Of a stretch of 64,000 nucleotides of DNA, positions 39,545 through 51,972 are shown in pieces. Both the position numbers and the translations under genes were made by a program. The stretch's first letter is position 1, and each line of letters opens with the position of its first letter. This DNA is from Armatimonadota bacterium (GTDB taxonomy: Bacteria; Armatimonadota; UBA5829; DTLH01), in the NCBI GenBank assembly GCA_038207085.1, contig JBBRAE010000001.1, forward strand, positions 128,001 through 192,000. Reading direction: 5' to 3'. Under the pieces are notes generated by a model. The model had not been told where the DNA came from and searched no databases. It saw nothing but the letters and a program-made list of their open reading frames with translations.

Positions 39545-40063
39545 ATGAACCATAATACCGGCCAGCCGGGCAATGTCAACTGCATCCGAAACCACATCGA
39601 CAACTTTGGTGACCCCTACATAGTCCAAGCAGGCCCCGAAGAGACACGCGTATGCTCCGAATGCAACGCAATCTACTCTGGCCAGAGGTGGTACCTTAAA
39701 GAACAGGTGGACGCTGAGAAAATGCGGCACATCGATGTCCATTTTACAGTTTGTCCCGCGTGCAGAAAGATCAAAGACAGGTCACCCGGCGGGATCGTCC
39801 ATATAACAGGGAACTTCATAAGAGAACACAAAGACGACATCATGAACCTTATTCATAACGAGGGTGACCGGGCAAAAGCAACCAACCCGCTCGAACGCAT
39901 CATGGGTATAGAAGGAACAGATGGCAACTACGAAGTGTTGACCACCAACGAGAAGCTCGCCCAGCGGATAGGAAGGGCGCTTCACAAGGCCTACCACGGC
40001 ACCGTTGTCTACAAGTGGTCTGAAGATAATAAACTCGTCAGGGTTTCCTGGCAGAGGGATTGA
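39545..40063 (+). CDS. BCAM0308-family zinc-ribbon protein
   Basis: DPY, C..C.A.Y...RW, CPAC.KI.D..PGG, NPLERI, LAQRIG.AL..A..G, RV.W.RD. Confidence 0.75.
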   Translation: MNHNTGQPGNVNCIRNHIDNFGDPYIVQAGPEETRVCSECNAIYSGQRWYLKEQVDAEKMRHIDVHFTVCPACRKIKDRSPGGIVHITGNFIREHKDDIMNLIHNEGDRAKATNPLERIMGIEGTDGNYEVLTTNEKLAQRIGRALHKAYHGTVVYKWSEDNKLVRVSWQRD

Positions 40064-40076
40064 CGGAGGTAACTCT

Positions 40077-40361
40077 ATGAAAAAGAGCAACGGATTTATG
40101 CTCGTTCTCGTTAGCGCGTTAGTCGGAGGTATAGCCGGACTGCTATTTGCTCCACAGCCGGGACGTCGAACTCGGGCGCTTGTCCGCGACAAATCAGTCA
40201 AGTACTCGCACGATGTGGCTGATATCGCAGGCAAAAAGTCCCGACACGTCGCTAACAAGGCCAAGGGCTACGCCCACGACATCAGAGGGTTATTTGGACA
40301 CCGAATGGGTTCACAAGAAGCAGCCATTGAAGAAGAAATCGAACAGACCATTCAGTCCTGA
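40077..40361 (+). CDS. YtxH-domain protein
   Basis: G...GLLFAP.PG..TR motif; GGAGG RBS. Confidence 0.85.
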   Translation: MKKSNGFMLVLVSALVGGIAGLLFAPQPGRRTRALVRDKSVKYSHDVADIAGKKSRHVANKAKGYAHDIRGLFGHRMGSQEAAIEEEIEQTIQS

Positions 40362-40394
40362 AACAACTCTGCCGAAGCGAGTTTAGTAACTTCC

Positions 40395-40420
40395 GGGGAG
40401 AGCGCACAAGCGCCCTCCCC
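40395..40420 (+). terminator. Hairpin after ytxH-like gene
   Basis: ggggagagcgc-acaa-gcgccctcccc. Confidence 0.55.
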
Positions 40421-40450
40421 TGTTGCTATTACTATAATAAGGAGAAAGAC

Positions 40451-40783
40451 ATGCTGGAATTTGTTAAGAAGACACTTTCGTTTGGTCTTGGCGCGGCCCT
40501 GCTCACCGGTGAGGCACTTCGGCAAGTAGCCGAAGATGCCGTCTCTCGCGGGGAGATGAGCCGCGACGAGGCCAAGAGCTTCATCGACGACGTTACCCAA
40601 CGCGCCGATCAGGAAAAAGACAACATGCAGAACTGGATGCGCGAGCAGATGGCAAAGATGATGCGCGATATGGGTGTGGCTGAGCGCACCACGCTTGAAT
40701 CGCTTGAAAAGAGGGTCGACGCGATCCAGTTCAGGCTCGATGCCGCTGAGTCGGAAGTATATGAGCACGAGGAGATCACATAA
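40451..40783 (+). CDS. Phasin-like protein
   Basis: GLGAA.LT.E......V.RGEM...EA; C-terminal coiled coil LE.RV..I. Confidence 0.75.
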   Translation: MLEFVKKTLSFGLGAALLTGEALRQVAEDAVSRGEMSRDEAKSFIDDVTQRADQEKDNMQNWMREQMAKMMRDMGVAERTTLESLEKRVDAIQFRLDAAESEVYEHEEIT

Positions 40784-42430
40784 GTGATCCTGAACCGTAA
40801 ACAGCTGAAGAGGCTGCGTGAGATCGGCGCGGTGCTGACCAAGCACGGCTGGGGGCACATCATTTCCCGGGCAGGGCTCACCGGCATATTCCGCTATAGG
40901 GGGCCTGCCGGGCAGCCGGAGCCACCGGTCAGGCTTATGCGGGCCCTTGAGGAACTCGGCCCGACATTTGTGAAGCTCGGACAGGTGCTAAGCACTCGCC
41001 CCGACCTCCTGCCTCCAGAGTACATCGCCGAGCTCAGCAAGCTGCAAGATACTGCGCCTCTGGTTCCAACGGAGCAGATCACGGCGGTTATTGAAACGTC
41101 TCTCGGTTCGCCCATCAAACAGATATTTGCCACATTCAGTGACGTGCCCCTTGCCGCCGCCTCGCTTGGACAGGTGCATGAGGCGCGCTTGAAAGATGGC
41201 TCAGAAGTGATAATCAAAGTCCAAAGGCCGGGGATCACTTCGGTTATTGACAGCGACATCGACATCCTGCGCACGCTTGCAAACTTTCTCGAAGCCCACA
41301 TCGATGTCGCAAAGACGTATGGTCTGAGCGAAATCGTTGACGAGTTCGCTATTACTATTCACGAAGAGCTCGACTATACCAGGGAAGCGCACAATACCGA
41401 TCACCTGCGCCAGAACCTCTCCCACGAAAAGGAGGCCTTCGTCCCCGGGATATGCTGGGATTATACCACCACCCGCGTTCTGACCATGGACAAGGCTGAG
41501 GGGGTAAAGATCAGCGACTTCGAGGGGCTTGACCGTATCGGTGCGGACCGAAAACAGATCGCCAACTCGCTTTCATCGGTGTTCCTCAAGCAGATATTCG
41601 TCGACGGCTACTTCCACGCCGACCCCCACCCCGGCAACCTGATAGTCACACCGGATATGCGGATCGCACTGATCGACGCGGGGCAGGTGCGCCAGCTCGA
41701 TGCAGCGGGAAAGTCGGGCCTCATCAGGCTCTTGGTGGCGTTTGAGCACAAGGACACCCGTCAATTCGCCGAGGAGATCGCCTACATTGGCATATCGCGT
41801 GGTGAGATCGACTACCCACTCTTTACCCGCGATATGGAGAAAATTTTGCGGCAGTACTACGATCTGCCGTCGGGCGTCATTAGTATTGGGCTGCTCTTGA
41901 TGCAGGTCATGGCAGCATCGGCCAAGCACAAGATCAGGCTCCCCATGAGCTTTGCCGTGCTTGGGAAAGTGCTCGCCAACATCGATGGGATCAACAGGCA
42001 ACTCGACCCCAATTGGAACTTCACCGAAGCCGCACGGCCATACATCGCGAGGTCGGTTCGTGACCAGTTGAAGAGCGACGAAATAGTCTCGGACGCCTAC
42101 CGCGCGTTGGTCGACGTCAAGTCGCTTCTCTTCAGCCTGCCGGAGTATATGAACCAGCTCTTTAGAAAAGCCATTGAGGGAACGCTGAGAATCGAGTTCA
42201 AGCACAAAGGGCTGGAAGAGCTTGAAAACAGGCTGGACCGCAGTATCAACCGGCTTTCATTTGCGTTGATCGTGGCATCGATAATCATCGGAAGCTCACT
42301 GCTAACGCTCGGACACCTCGGAAACCATGTGATATTCGGGCTGCCAATGCTTGGCGCGGTTGGTTACGTGATGGCTACGGTGTTTGGGGTATGGCTCCTG
42401 CTTTCGATCAGCAAGTCAGGCCGATTGTGA
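40784..42430 (+). CDS. ABC1/UbiB (AarF) atypical kinase
   Basis: LGPTFVKLGQ.LSTRPD, AAASLGQVH, KVQRP, FHADPHPGN; two C-terminal TM helices. Confidence 0.93.
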   Translation: MILNRKQLKRLREIGAVLTKHGWGHIISRAGLTGIFRYRGPAGQPEPPVRLMRALEELGPTFVKLGQVLSTRPDLLPPEYIAELSKLQDTAPLVPTEQITAVIETSLGSPIKQIFATFSDVPLAAASLGQVHEARLKDGSEVIIKVQRPGITSVIDSDIDILRTLANFLEAHIDVAKTYGLSEIVDEFAITIHEELDYTREAHNTDHLRQNLSHEKEAFVPGICWDYTTTRVLTMDKAEGVKISDFEGLDRIGADRKQIANSLSSVFLKQIFVDGYFHADPHPGNLIVTPDMRIALIDAGQVRQLDAAGKSGLIRLLVAFEHKDTRQFAEEIAYIGISRGEIDYPLFTRDMEKILRQYYDLPSGVISIGLLLMQVMAASAKHKIRLPMSFAVLGKVLANIDGINRQLDPNWNFTEAARPYIARSVRDQLKSDEIVSDAYRALVDVKSLLFSLPEYMNQLFRKAIEGTLRIEFKHKGLEELENRLDRSINRLSFALIVASIIIGSSLLTLGHLGNHVIFGLPMLGAVGYVMATVFGVWLLLSISKSGRL

Positions 42431-43573
42431 CGTATAGAGCTTCGTCACGTCCCGCGACAAGCGGCGAAGATACTCCGGCGCATATGCTATACACTCATCA
42501 ATACTGATCGGCCCTGACGCAATGCTGAATAGCGCTGTCGCGCCGAGATCGTAAAGCGCGTCAGCGCCGTCTCCGATGCTCCCTGCGAGAATCACCACTG
42601 GGACACCAGCCGCTCGGCAGCGTGAGAGAACCCCGGATATCGTCTTGCCGTACGCGGTCTGGCCATCGACTCTGCCTTCTCCAGTAAAGACCAGGTCCGC
42701 GCCACGAACTCGCTCATCAAAGTGTGTCACGCCAAGCACGATGTCGATTCCTGACTCGAGTTTTGCGCGAAGAAACGCCATTAGGCCAGCTCCCATGCCG
42801 CCAGCTGCGCCGCCTCCGGGGACTTGCTCGACATCCACGCCAACGTCACGCAAGATCACCCTAGCGTAGTTCGCCAGCGCAGCGTCGAGCACATCGACAG
42901 CCGATGGAGTTGCGCCTTTTTGCGGGCCGTAGACGGCTGACGCGCCCATCGGGCCGGTGAGCGGGTTGGTGACATCGCAGGCGACTTGGACACTTATTTC
43001 TCTGGGGTCAATCAGCATCTTGGATGTGTCGATTGATGCGAGTTGGGTGAGCGCGCCTCCTCCATCAGGCAAAGATTTGCCGTCAGCATCGAGAAATCTG
43101 ACGCCGAGTGCAGACATAGCACCCGCGCCGCCGTCGTTTGTAGCGCTGCCGCCTATGCCGATCACAAACCGTCGACACCCTCGGGAGTATGCGTCCAGAA
43201 TGAGCTCGCCGACTCCACGCGTGGTCGTAAGGGTTGGATCGCGTTGATCAAGTGGGACCAGGTCAAGCCCGGCGGCTGCGGCCATTTCCACAACTGCCGT
43301 ATTGCCGTCATCGATGACACCATAGAACGCATCGATAGCCCGGCCCAGCGGGCCGGTAACTGTAGCTGGTACAATCTGACCGCCGGAGGAGTCAACGAGC
43401 GCTGCGACGGTGCCTTCACCGCCATCGGCAAGTGGAATTGCATCAACGACCGCATCGGGAACAGCTAAAAGTATGCCTTCAGAGATCGCTTCGGCTGCAT
43501 CTATTGCGGACAGACTCCCCTTGAACGAATCAGGGCAGACAACCACCCGAAGTGTTCTGTTGTTAACCACCAC
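42416..43573 (-). CDS. Glycerate kinase
   Basis: PDSFKGS, PLADGGEGT, GGSATNDGG, GPQKGA, TGEG..D.QT..GK; GTG start near 43573. Confidence 0.93.
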   Translation of the reverse strand: MVVNNRTLRVVVCPDSFKGSLSAIDAAEAISEGILLAVPDAVVDAIPLADGGEGTVAALVDSSGGQIVPATVTGPLGRAIDAFYGVIDDGNTAVVEMAAAAGLDLVPLDQRDPTLTTTRGVGELILDAYSRGCRRFVIGIGGSATNDGGAGAMSALGVRFLDADGKSLPDGGGALTQLASIDTSKMLIDPREISVQVACDVTNPLTGPMGASAVYGPQKGATPSAVDVLDAALANYARVILRDVGVDVEQVPGGGAAGGMGAGLMAFLRAKLESGIDIVLGVTHFDERVRGADLVFTGEGRVDGQTAYGKTISGVLSRCRAAGVPVVILAGSIGDGADALYDLGATALFSIASGPISIDECIAYAPEYLRRLSRDVTKLYTSQSA

Positions 43574-44660
43574 TGCCGCCTCGAAGCATCTCTGCTGCGG
43601 CTGCGCCTGCTGCTGAGGCCGCAAGGAAGAACTCGGGGTCTTCGTTGAATCCACGACCCATCGTAGAGAGCTTGATTCCCCGATCGACGCACTCGCGGAT
43701 GCCGGGGAGGCCGTCGAGTATCCGAATCTTGTGGCGGTATACTATCGGTGACTGCCTGATCTGCTCCTGTATTCCAAGGAGTTTCAGCTCGTCGATCGCG
43801 GGCAGAGCAAGCAAGGCCTGGGTCAGGGCGATTTCAGAGAGTGCAGTCACAGTATGGTGACTTAAGCCTCTGTGTCGTGGTCTGGGGTCTGCGAAGCTGA
43901 TTCTAGGAATCGCGATGGCCGCCCCGCCGAGCGTATTCACAGCGTTAATGATCTCCCCCTGCTCAAGCCCCGTAAAACCGTATTTGGTGCCTGTGCCGAC
44001 GTTCCCAGGCCCCTGGCAGACTATCACTACGTCGGCCTGCGCGGCCATCTTGGCTGCGACAAGGGCGCTCGGGATATTGACAGCTTCCATATCCCCACCG
44101 AATGCTTGTCCGCAGGTAATGGTGGCATCGATCAAGCCGCTCTCTTTCATCTGGGCGACCAGGCGACTGAAAGCGATCGGGAGCGCGGCTGAGTCGGTCA
44201 TGATGTAGACCACACGGGCCTTCGGCTGCGTCAGTCGCTTTATCGCCGCCGCAGCGGGAGCTATCTGGCTGTGAAGTTGGCCCACTATCACCGGGAGCTT
44301 GTCAAGCGTTCGAAACGCGTCAATCACATTCCGGCGCGGGCTTGCTTCTTCCTCGACTGAAAGCACGGAATGCTGCTCAGGGGTGTAGCGCAGCTTCATA
44401 ATGTGTCCCGAAGCGTCCGGGGCGACGTCTTCAGCCTCGCGTGATAGTGACTCCATCACAAAATGCAGCCCACCGGTGCCGAGGTTCAAGCCTACAGCCG
44501 TAGTATTGACTACTACCCGCTCGCCAATCCCGGGCTCGGCGATGAGGTCGGTGTAGGCGATGGCTTTTGAGAGCTCATCGCCTATCTTCACCTCGATTTC
44601 AACTGCGCCGGGACGCCTCGCGAGTATCTGAGTTACGGTTCCGACCGACTTTGTCAGCAT
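43563..44660 (-). CDS. DUF3866-family protein
   Basis: NTTAV.L.LGTGG, GHIMKLRYTP.Q, LHS, YIMTD, GQAFGGD.EAVN, R.SFAD.R.RH.G.SHH. Confidence 0.85.
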   Translation of the reverse strand: MLTKSVGTVTQILARRPGAVEIEVKIGDELSKAIAYTDLIAEPGIGERVVVNTTAVGLNLGTGGLHFVMESLSREAEDVAPDASGHIMKLRYTPEQHSVLSVEEEASPRRNVIDAFRTLDKLPVIVGQLHSQIAPAAAAIKRLTQPKARVVYIMTDSAALPIAFSRLVAQMKESGLIDATITCGQAFGGDMEAVNIPSALVAAKMAAQADVVIVCQGPGNVGTGTKYGFTGLEQGEIINAVNTLGGAAIAIPRISFADPRPRHRGLSHHTVTALSEIALTQALLALPAIDELKLLGIQEQIRQSPIVYRHKIRILDGLPGIRECVDRGIKLSTMGRGFNEDPEFFLAASAAGAAAAEMLRGGSGG

Positions 44661-44663
44661 ATA

Positions 44664-45785
44664 CTACTTGCCGCTTTCGGCGATAAGAGCGAGCGTGAAC
44701 TCTGTTGCCTTCACAAGGTCATCTATCGAGATATGCTCCTCGCGTGTGTGCGCACCTTCGTAACCGACACCGATGACCACCGCAGGAACGCCCTTTTCGT
44801 TGAAGATGTTCGCATCACTTCCACCGCCACCGTGAACTAGTTCCACATCTATACCGATCGATCTTCCCGCCGCCTGCGCGAGCTTGACGGGGGGATCGTC
44901 GGCTGTCCAGCGATAGGTTGTATACTCCTGAACCACTTCCATCTCTGCCTTCGCCCCGATCTCTTTTGCAGCTTCAATAAACGTGCTCTTCATATGCTCG
45001 ACCTGGGCCTTAAGCTTTGCATCGTTGCGGCTTCTGGCCTCAGCGCGGATCACCACCTCATCAGGAATGATGTTGCGTGCCTTACCGCCGTGGATCACAC
45101 CGATGTTTGCAGTCGTCTCCTCGTCGATTCGCCCGAGCTTCATACGCGAGATAGCGTTGCTAGCGGCCAAAATCGCGCTAACACCTGCCTCGGGATGAAT
45201 CCCGGCGTGCGCCGCCTTGCCGATGATCGTCACCAGGAAGTTCACATGCGTCGGAGCCGATATCACAACTCCAGCCACCGGCTTTTCGGTATCAAGAACG
45301 TATCCAACACCGGATTTAAGCGCACTCGGGTCAATCTCTTTTGCGCCCATCAAACCGATCTCTTCTGCGATTGTAAAGAGAATCTGAAGCCGCTTGAACG
45401 GCACATTCTTCTCTATCGCAACCTGTGCGGCTTCGAGAATCGCCGCGATTCCGGCTTTGTCGTCCGCGCCGAGGATCGTCTTGCCGTCGGACTTTACGAC
45501 ACCGTCCTCAGTGACCACGGGCTGCAGACCTTCGGTGGGCTGGACGGTGTCCATGTGTGCCGCGAGAAAGATGGAGGTACCGGCCCCGGATTCTCCTTCG
45601 CGGGTCGCAATAAGATTACCGCAGTTGCCGCCGATCACATTGCCTGCGTTGTCCTCGATTACGTCAAAGCCCATCTCTTCAAGCTTTGGACGAAGGTAGT
45701 CGGCGACTGGTCGCTCTGCGCGCGAAGGGCTGTTGATCTCAACAAGATCAAGAAATGTCCGGAGAAGCCGGTCTCGGTTTACCAT
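44664..45785 (-). CDS. M20 peptidase, peptidase T-like
   Basis: AHMDTV, LGADDKAG, EEIGL.G, AHAG..PE.G, GGGSDAN. Confidence 0.92.
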   Translation of the reverse strand: MVNRDRLLRTFLDLVEINSPSRAERPVADYLRPKLEEMGFDVIEDNAGNVIGGNCGNLIATREGESGAGTSIFLAAHMDTVQPTEGLQPVVTEDGVVKSDGKTILGADDKAGIAAILEAAQVAIEKNVPFKRLQILFTIAEEIGLMGAKEIDPSALKSGVGYVLDTEKPVAGVVISAPTHVNFLVTIIGKAAHAGIHPEAGVSAILAASNAISRMKLGRIDEETTANIGVIHGGKARNIIPDEVVIRAEARSRNDAKLKAQVEHMKSTFIEAAKEIGAKAEMEVVQEYTTYRWTADDPPVKLAQAAGRSIGIDVELVHGGGGSDANIFNEKGVPAVVIGVGYEGAHTREEHISIDDLVKATEFTLALIAESGK

Positions 45786-45789
45786 CTGA

Positions 45790-46830
45790 TCACCTCGTAA
45801 TCGTTACTTTGGATAGACCTCTTGGGTTGTCAGGGTCGATGCCCTTGGTCAGTGCGAGATACTGGGCGAAAATCTGCCCCGCTACAATGTAGACCATTGG
45901 AGAAAGAAGGTCGTCCATCTCCACAGGGATTCTAATCGGTGTTTTGGCGATATCGAGCATCTCTTTGTCGTTCGAGAAGCTGATCAGCTCTGCCCCTTTT
46001 GCATGCAGGAGCTTCGCCATATCACGCATCGAACCAATCGCTGGTCCGGTAGGCGCGTAAAGGAAACAAGGAAGCCCATCGCTCACAACCGCAATCGGCC
46101 CGTGCTGGAAGTCAGCAGCAGAGTATGGATCCGCGCTCACATAACAGGTTTCAGCCATCTTCAGGGCGGCCTCAAACGCTGTGGCGCGGTTGATTCCACG
46201 GGCGAGCACGATGCACTCGCTCATATATCTGTAGCGCTCGACCTTTTCGGCGATCTGTTCTTCGCAGGCGTCGATAACCTCTTCAATGGCGTCGGCTGTG
46301 ACTAGCAGCCTGTCGACCAAATCTTCGCGGCCTGACACTGATGCACAGAGCAGGGTGAGCGCGGCTAGAGTCGACGTATAGGTCTTGGTCGCCGCAACGC
46401 TCTTCTCAGGGCCGGCGTGACAGAGAATTGTAAAATCACAGACGTCGGCAAGCTCCGAAGTCGGTTCGTTTGTGATGCTGAGCGTCAACGCTCCCTGCCT
46501 CTTGGCTCCTTCGAGATACTCGATGACGTCGGCAGCTTGCCCGGACTGTGATATCCCAACAACAAACGACCCCGCCAGGTTTGGCTTGGCGTCATATAGT
46601 GTGAAAAGAGAAGGGGCAGCCAGCACGACAGGCATTCCCGTAACTATTCCAAATAAATACTTTCCATAGGTCGCCGCGTTGTCGGAGGTTCCGCGCGCCG
46701 CGATCGAGGCGAATTGTGCGCCGTGACTCTTCAGTTCCTCGGCGATTCTTTTGGTGTTTTGCCGCTCTTCCACAACGAGCTTTCGGATAACTCCGGGCTG
46801 CTCCCGGATCTCATCCATCATTTTGGACAT
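45790..46830 (-). CDS. Double-SIS-domain amino-sugar isomerase/deaminase (GlmS C-terminal-like)
   Basis: ARGTSDNAA, ISQSG, E.SVAATKTY, EAALK..E, HGP, P.GLSKVT.T; no glutaminase domain. Confidence 0.9.
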   Translation of the reverse strand: MSKMMDEIREQPGVIRKLVVEERQNTKRIAEELKSHGAQFASIAARGTSDNAATYGKYLFGIVTGMPVVLAAPSLFTLYDAKPNLAGSFVVGISQSGQAADVIEYLEGAKRQGALTLSITNEPTSELADVCDFTILCHAGPEKSVAATKTYTSTLAALTLLCASVSGREDLVDRLLVTADAIEEVIDACEEQIAEKVERYRYMSECIVLARGINRATAFEAALKMAETCYVSADPYSAADFQHGPIAVVSDGLPCFLYAPTGPAIGSMRDMAKLLHAKGAELISFSNDKEMLDIAKTPIRIPVEMDDLLSPMVYIVAGQIFAQYLALTKGIDPDNPRGLSKVTITR

Positions 46831-46904
46831 TATTGTTGCTCCAGTCTTTCATTCTTCTGCGATGATATAACCATTAAGGCCGTGCGTTAAGCGTGCCGAC
46901 GGTT

Positions 46905-46968
46905 ATTGTACGACATACCGGGCATACGCGTCAAAGCGATTGACTTCGGGGCGATGAAATGGTAGACT
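46905..46968. promoter_or_regulatory. Back-to-back divergent sigma70 promoters
   Basis: Minus TTGACG-N18-TACAAT (46905-46934); plus TTGACT-N17-TAGACT (46940-46968). Confidence 0.6.
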
Positions 46969-46983
46969 AACACGTTAATAAAA

Positions 46984-47810
46984 GTGAGGCATCGAATATT
47001 GGTTAACGCGTCGCCCAAGACTTATGTTTTTGACCTCGACGGCGTCATCTACCGCGGTGAAATCCCCCTGCCGCATGCTAGCGAGACGCTGCTTGAGCTT
47101 GAGCACCGCGGGCGCAAGGTGTTCTTCTTTACAAACAACTCCGCCGCCCATAGGGATGACTACCTCTCAAAACTCTCCGACATGGGCATACCCGTCTCTT
47201 ACGATAAACTCATGACCTCCGCTTACGCTACAGTTCTCTATCTCAAAGAACACGACGGCACAGGCCGAAAAGCGTACGTTGTCGGTGGCGCAGGGCTTGT
47301 ACGTGAGCTTAGAGAGGCCGGGGTGGATGTGGTGTGCGAGAGTGAATCCCCCGCCTGCGTAGACTACGTGATCGTCGGACTCGATAGGGAGTTCACCTAC
47401 GATAAGCTAAAGTTCGCCCAACACGCAATTTTGTCCGGCGCGAAGTTTATTGCCACAAACACCGATGCGACCTACCCGGTTGAAGATGGCGTCGTGCTCC
47501 CCGGAGGCGGTTCCATCGTGGCATCGATTCGCACGGCTTCAGGGGCTGAGCCGGTCGTAATTGGGAAACCCGAAACCTACGCGCTTGAGAAGATACTTGA
47601 GTTCGCCGGTACTACGGCGGAGGAAAGCGTTATGGTCGGCGACCGGCTGGAAACTGACATTTTGCTCGGCAAACGGGCCGGCATGCATACCGTTCTGCCG
47701 CTCACCGGAGTGACAGACGAGCGTATGGTCGTCGAAGCGCCGTTTGAGATGAAGCCTGAACGCGTGATACGCTACCTGGATGAGCTGCTCGATGAATCGT
47801 GGGCGTCCAG

Positions 47811-47814
<4 letters not shown>
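46984..47814 (+). CDS. HAD-IIA hydrolase (NagD-like)
   Basis: FDLDGVIY, TNNS, ATN.D, GKP, GDRLETDI. Confidence 0.92.
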
Positions 47815-50269
<2,455 letters not shown>

Positions 50270-50276
50270 TATTTAT

Positions 50277-50318
50277 CTGAAGGGCGTGTCGATCTGAGCC
50301 GATCAACGCGCCCTTCAG
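50277..50318 (+). terminator. Hairpin after pyrG
   Basis: ctgaagggcg...cgcccttcag. Confidence 0.6.
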
Positions 50319-50348
50319 AACGAAACAGAATGACCGGGAGGGGTTACT

Positions 50349-51329
50349 ATGAATCGCAAGCGTTGTTTTCTCACTGTTGGGGCAGGTTTGGCATTTTTGA
50401 TCGCTTTTGGGTGCGCATCTTTTGCCGATAACACTGCGACCTCAAGCGACATCGCATTCACATTTGCACCACCAAGCGGCCTCAGCTTCATTGAAAAGCA
50501 GAAGACTGTTCAGACGACCACCGGCGGCGGCATGCCAAAGATGGTCTACACGATGGTGAACAACAAAAAAGTCCAGATCACCAAGACCGACACGGGCTAC
50601 ACGCTCGTATCGACCCCGATGGAGGTCGAGGCCCGGTTCAACAATAGGCCCCTACCCCCTGATATGCTGCTCACAGAGAAGGTTGTGGCGAGGCAGGCTG
50701 TTCATACCTGCAGTATCGATGACACCGGCCGCCTGCTTGCAATTGATGGCCTCGACACGTTCTTCAAGCAACTAAAAGATGTTGTCGCCCTAAAATATCC
50801 CCAAGGGGCAAAGAGACTCAGTGATATGGAGCCTGTGTTGAAGCTTGGGGTCGAGACTTCCATAAAGGATGACTGGCTTGATCGCGTCACTGCCTACACA
50901 GGTAAGACCGCCAAGATCGGCGAGCTTTGGAAGTCTCAGGAGAAGATGCCTGCGTACTCTGGGAACCTTACGGTAAATATGAGGACACGTTTCGTCGAGC
51001 GGGTAAGCAAAGGTGGACACGACTGTGTTTTGCTTCGGTTTCACTACGCAACTGACCCGAATGCTGTAAAGGCCGAGATCAAGGACGCATTCAACGACGT
51101 GATGACGATGATGAACCTGCCGTCGTCCATAAAGCTGCCTAAGATAGTTGCAGCGGAGCTCTCCGGCGACGGAGAACGGGTTATCGATCCCGAGACTATG
51201 CTCGTCTATTCAGAGACACAGACCTTATCGTTTACGATGGTAATGGACATTCCGGGCATGGGTAGAAAAGGCTACACGACGGACTCGAAAGAAGACTACA
51301 GCTACGAATACCAGCAACCATCCAACTAA
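50349..51329 (+). CDS. Exported hypothetical protein
   Basis: Signal peptide, GGAGG RBS, beta-rich; no family recognised. Confidence 0.65.
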   Translation: MNRKRCFLTVGAGLAFLIAFGCASFADNTATSSDIAFTFAPPSGLSFIEKQKTVQTTTGGGMPKMVYTMVNNKKVQITKTDTGYTLVSTPMEVEARFNNRPLPPDMLLTEKVVARQAVHTCSIDDTGRLLAIDGLDTFFKQLKDVVALKYPQGAKRLSDMEPVLKLGVETSIKDDWLDRVTAYTGKTAKIGELWKSQEKMPAYSGNLTVNMRTRFVERVSKGGHDCVLLRFHYATDPNAVKAEIKDAFNDVMTMMNLPSSIKLPKIVAAELSGDGERVIDPETMLVYSETQTLSFTMVMDIPGMGRKGYTTDSKEDYSYEYQQPSN

Positions 51330-51396
51330 CTGATCAAAATTCAGCCCAAATGGGTTTCATTGACCGGCTGTTTTCCGTATATATAAGTATGCCGGT

Positions 51397-51837
51397 GTGC
51401 AAGCCGGCCATCTTACTGTTCGAAGAAAGGCACATACCGTGGAACGAGAGGGTTGGCTAAGTCTTAGAAAATCGACGGAGGCAAATTGGGCGCAGGCTCG
51501 GGCCGACTACGCCGCTGCCGTGACACTGCTGGACGCGGGCGTATACTATGCGAGCGTCTTTTTCAGTCAACAGGCGGCAGAAAAGGCTCTCCGCGCGGCC
51601 ACGATCGACAAGACCGGCAAGAACCCCAAAGGGCATAACCTAATCCAGATGGCGAACAATCTTGATGCCCCACTGGAGGTTATGAACGCTGCTGCGGAGC
51701 TTAACCCGGAGTTTCTGGCGACCCGCAACCCGGAGTCGTCTGAAGGAGTGCCCGCCCAGCTCTATGACCGTCGGGCTGCCCGCCTGCATCTTCGGGCTGC
51801 GCAGTCCATTGTCGATTGGATCAAGTCGGTTTTATAG
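51397..51837 (+). CDS. HEPN-domain protein (start uncertain)
   Basis: A..D...A..L...G.Y....F..QQAAEKAL.A and GHNL signature. Confidence 0.85.
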   Translation: MQAGHLTVRRKAHTVEREGWLSLRKSTEANWAQARADYAAAVTLLDAGVYYASVFFSQQAAEKALRAATIDKTGKNPKGHNLIQMANNLDAPLEVMNAAAELNPEFLATRNPESSEGVPAQLYDRRAARLHLRAAQSIVDWIKSVL

Positions 51838-51972
51838 AATCCGCTTCGTCCGCCTGCTTGTTTTTGTTCGCGTGGTCGCGAATGCATGAGCTTGCGCGCG
51901 AGGACGGGTCAAGTATTGCGTGGATACACTCATCTGCGCGACAGTGTTTATCATAATGGGAGGATCATACAC

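Noticed and set aside
51838..51970. Structured ncRNA between the HEPN gene and xylB
   Set aside because: Only short imperfect stems and no recognised family; probably promoter or operator sequence
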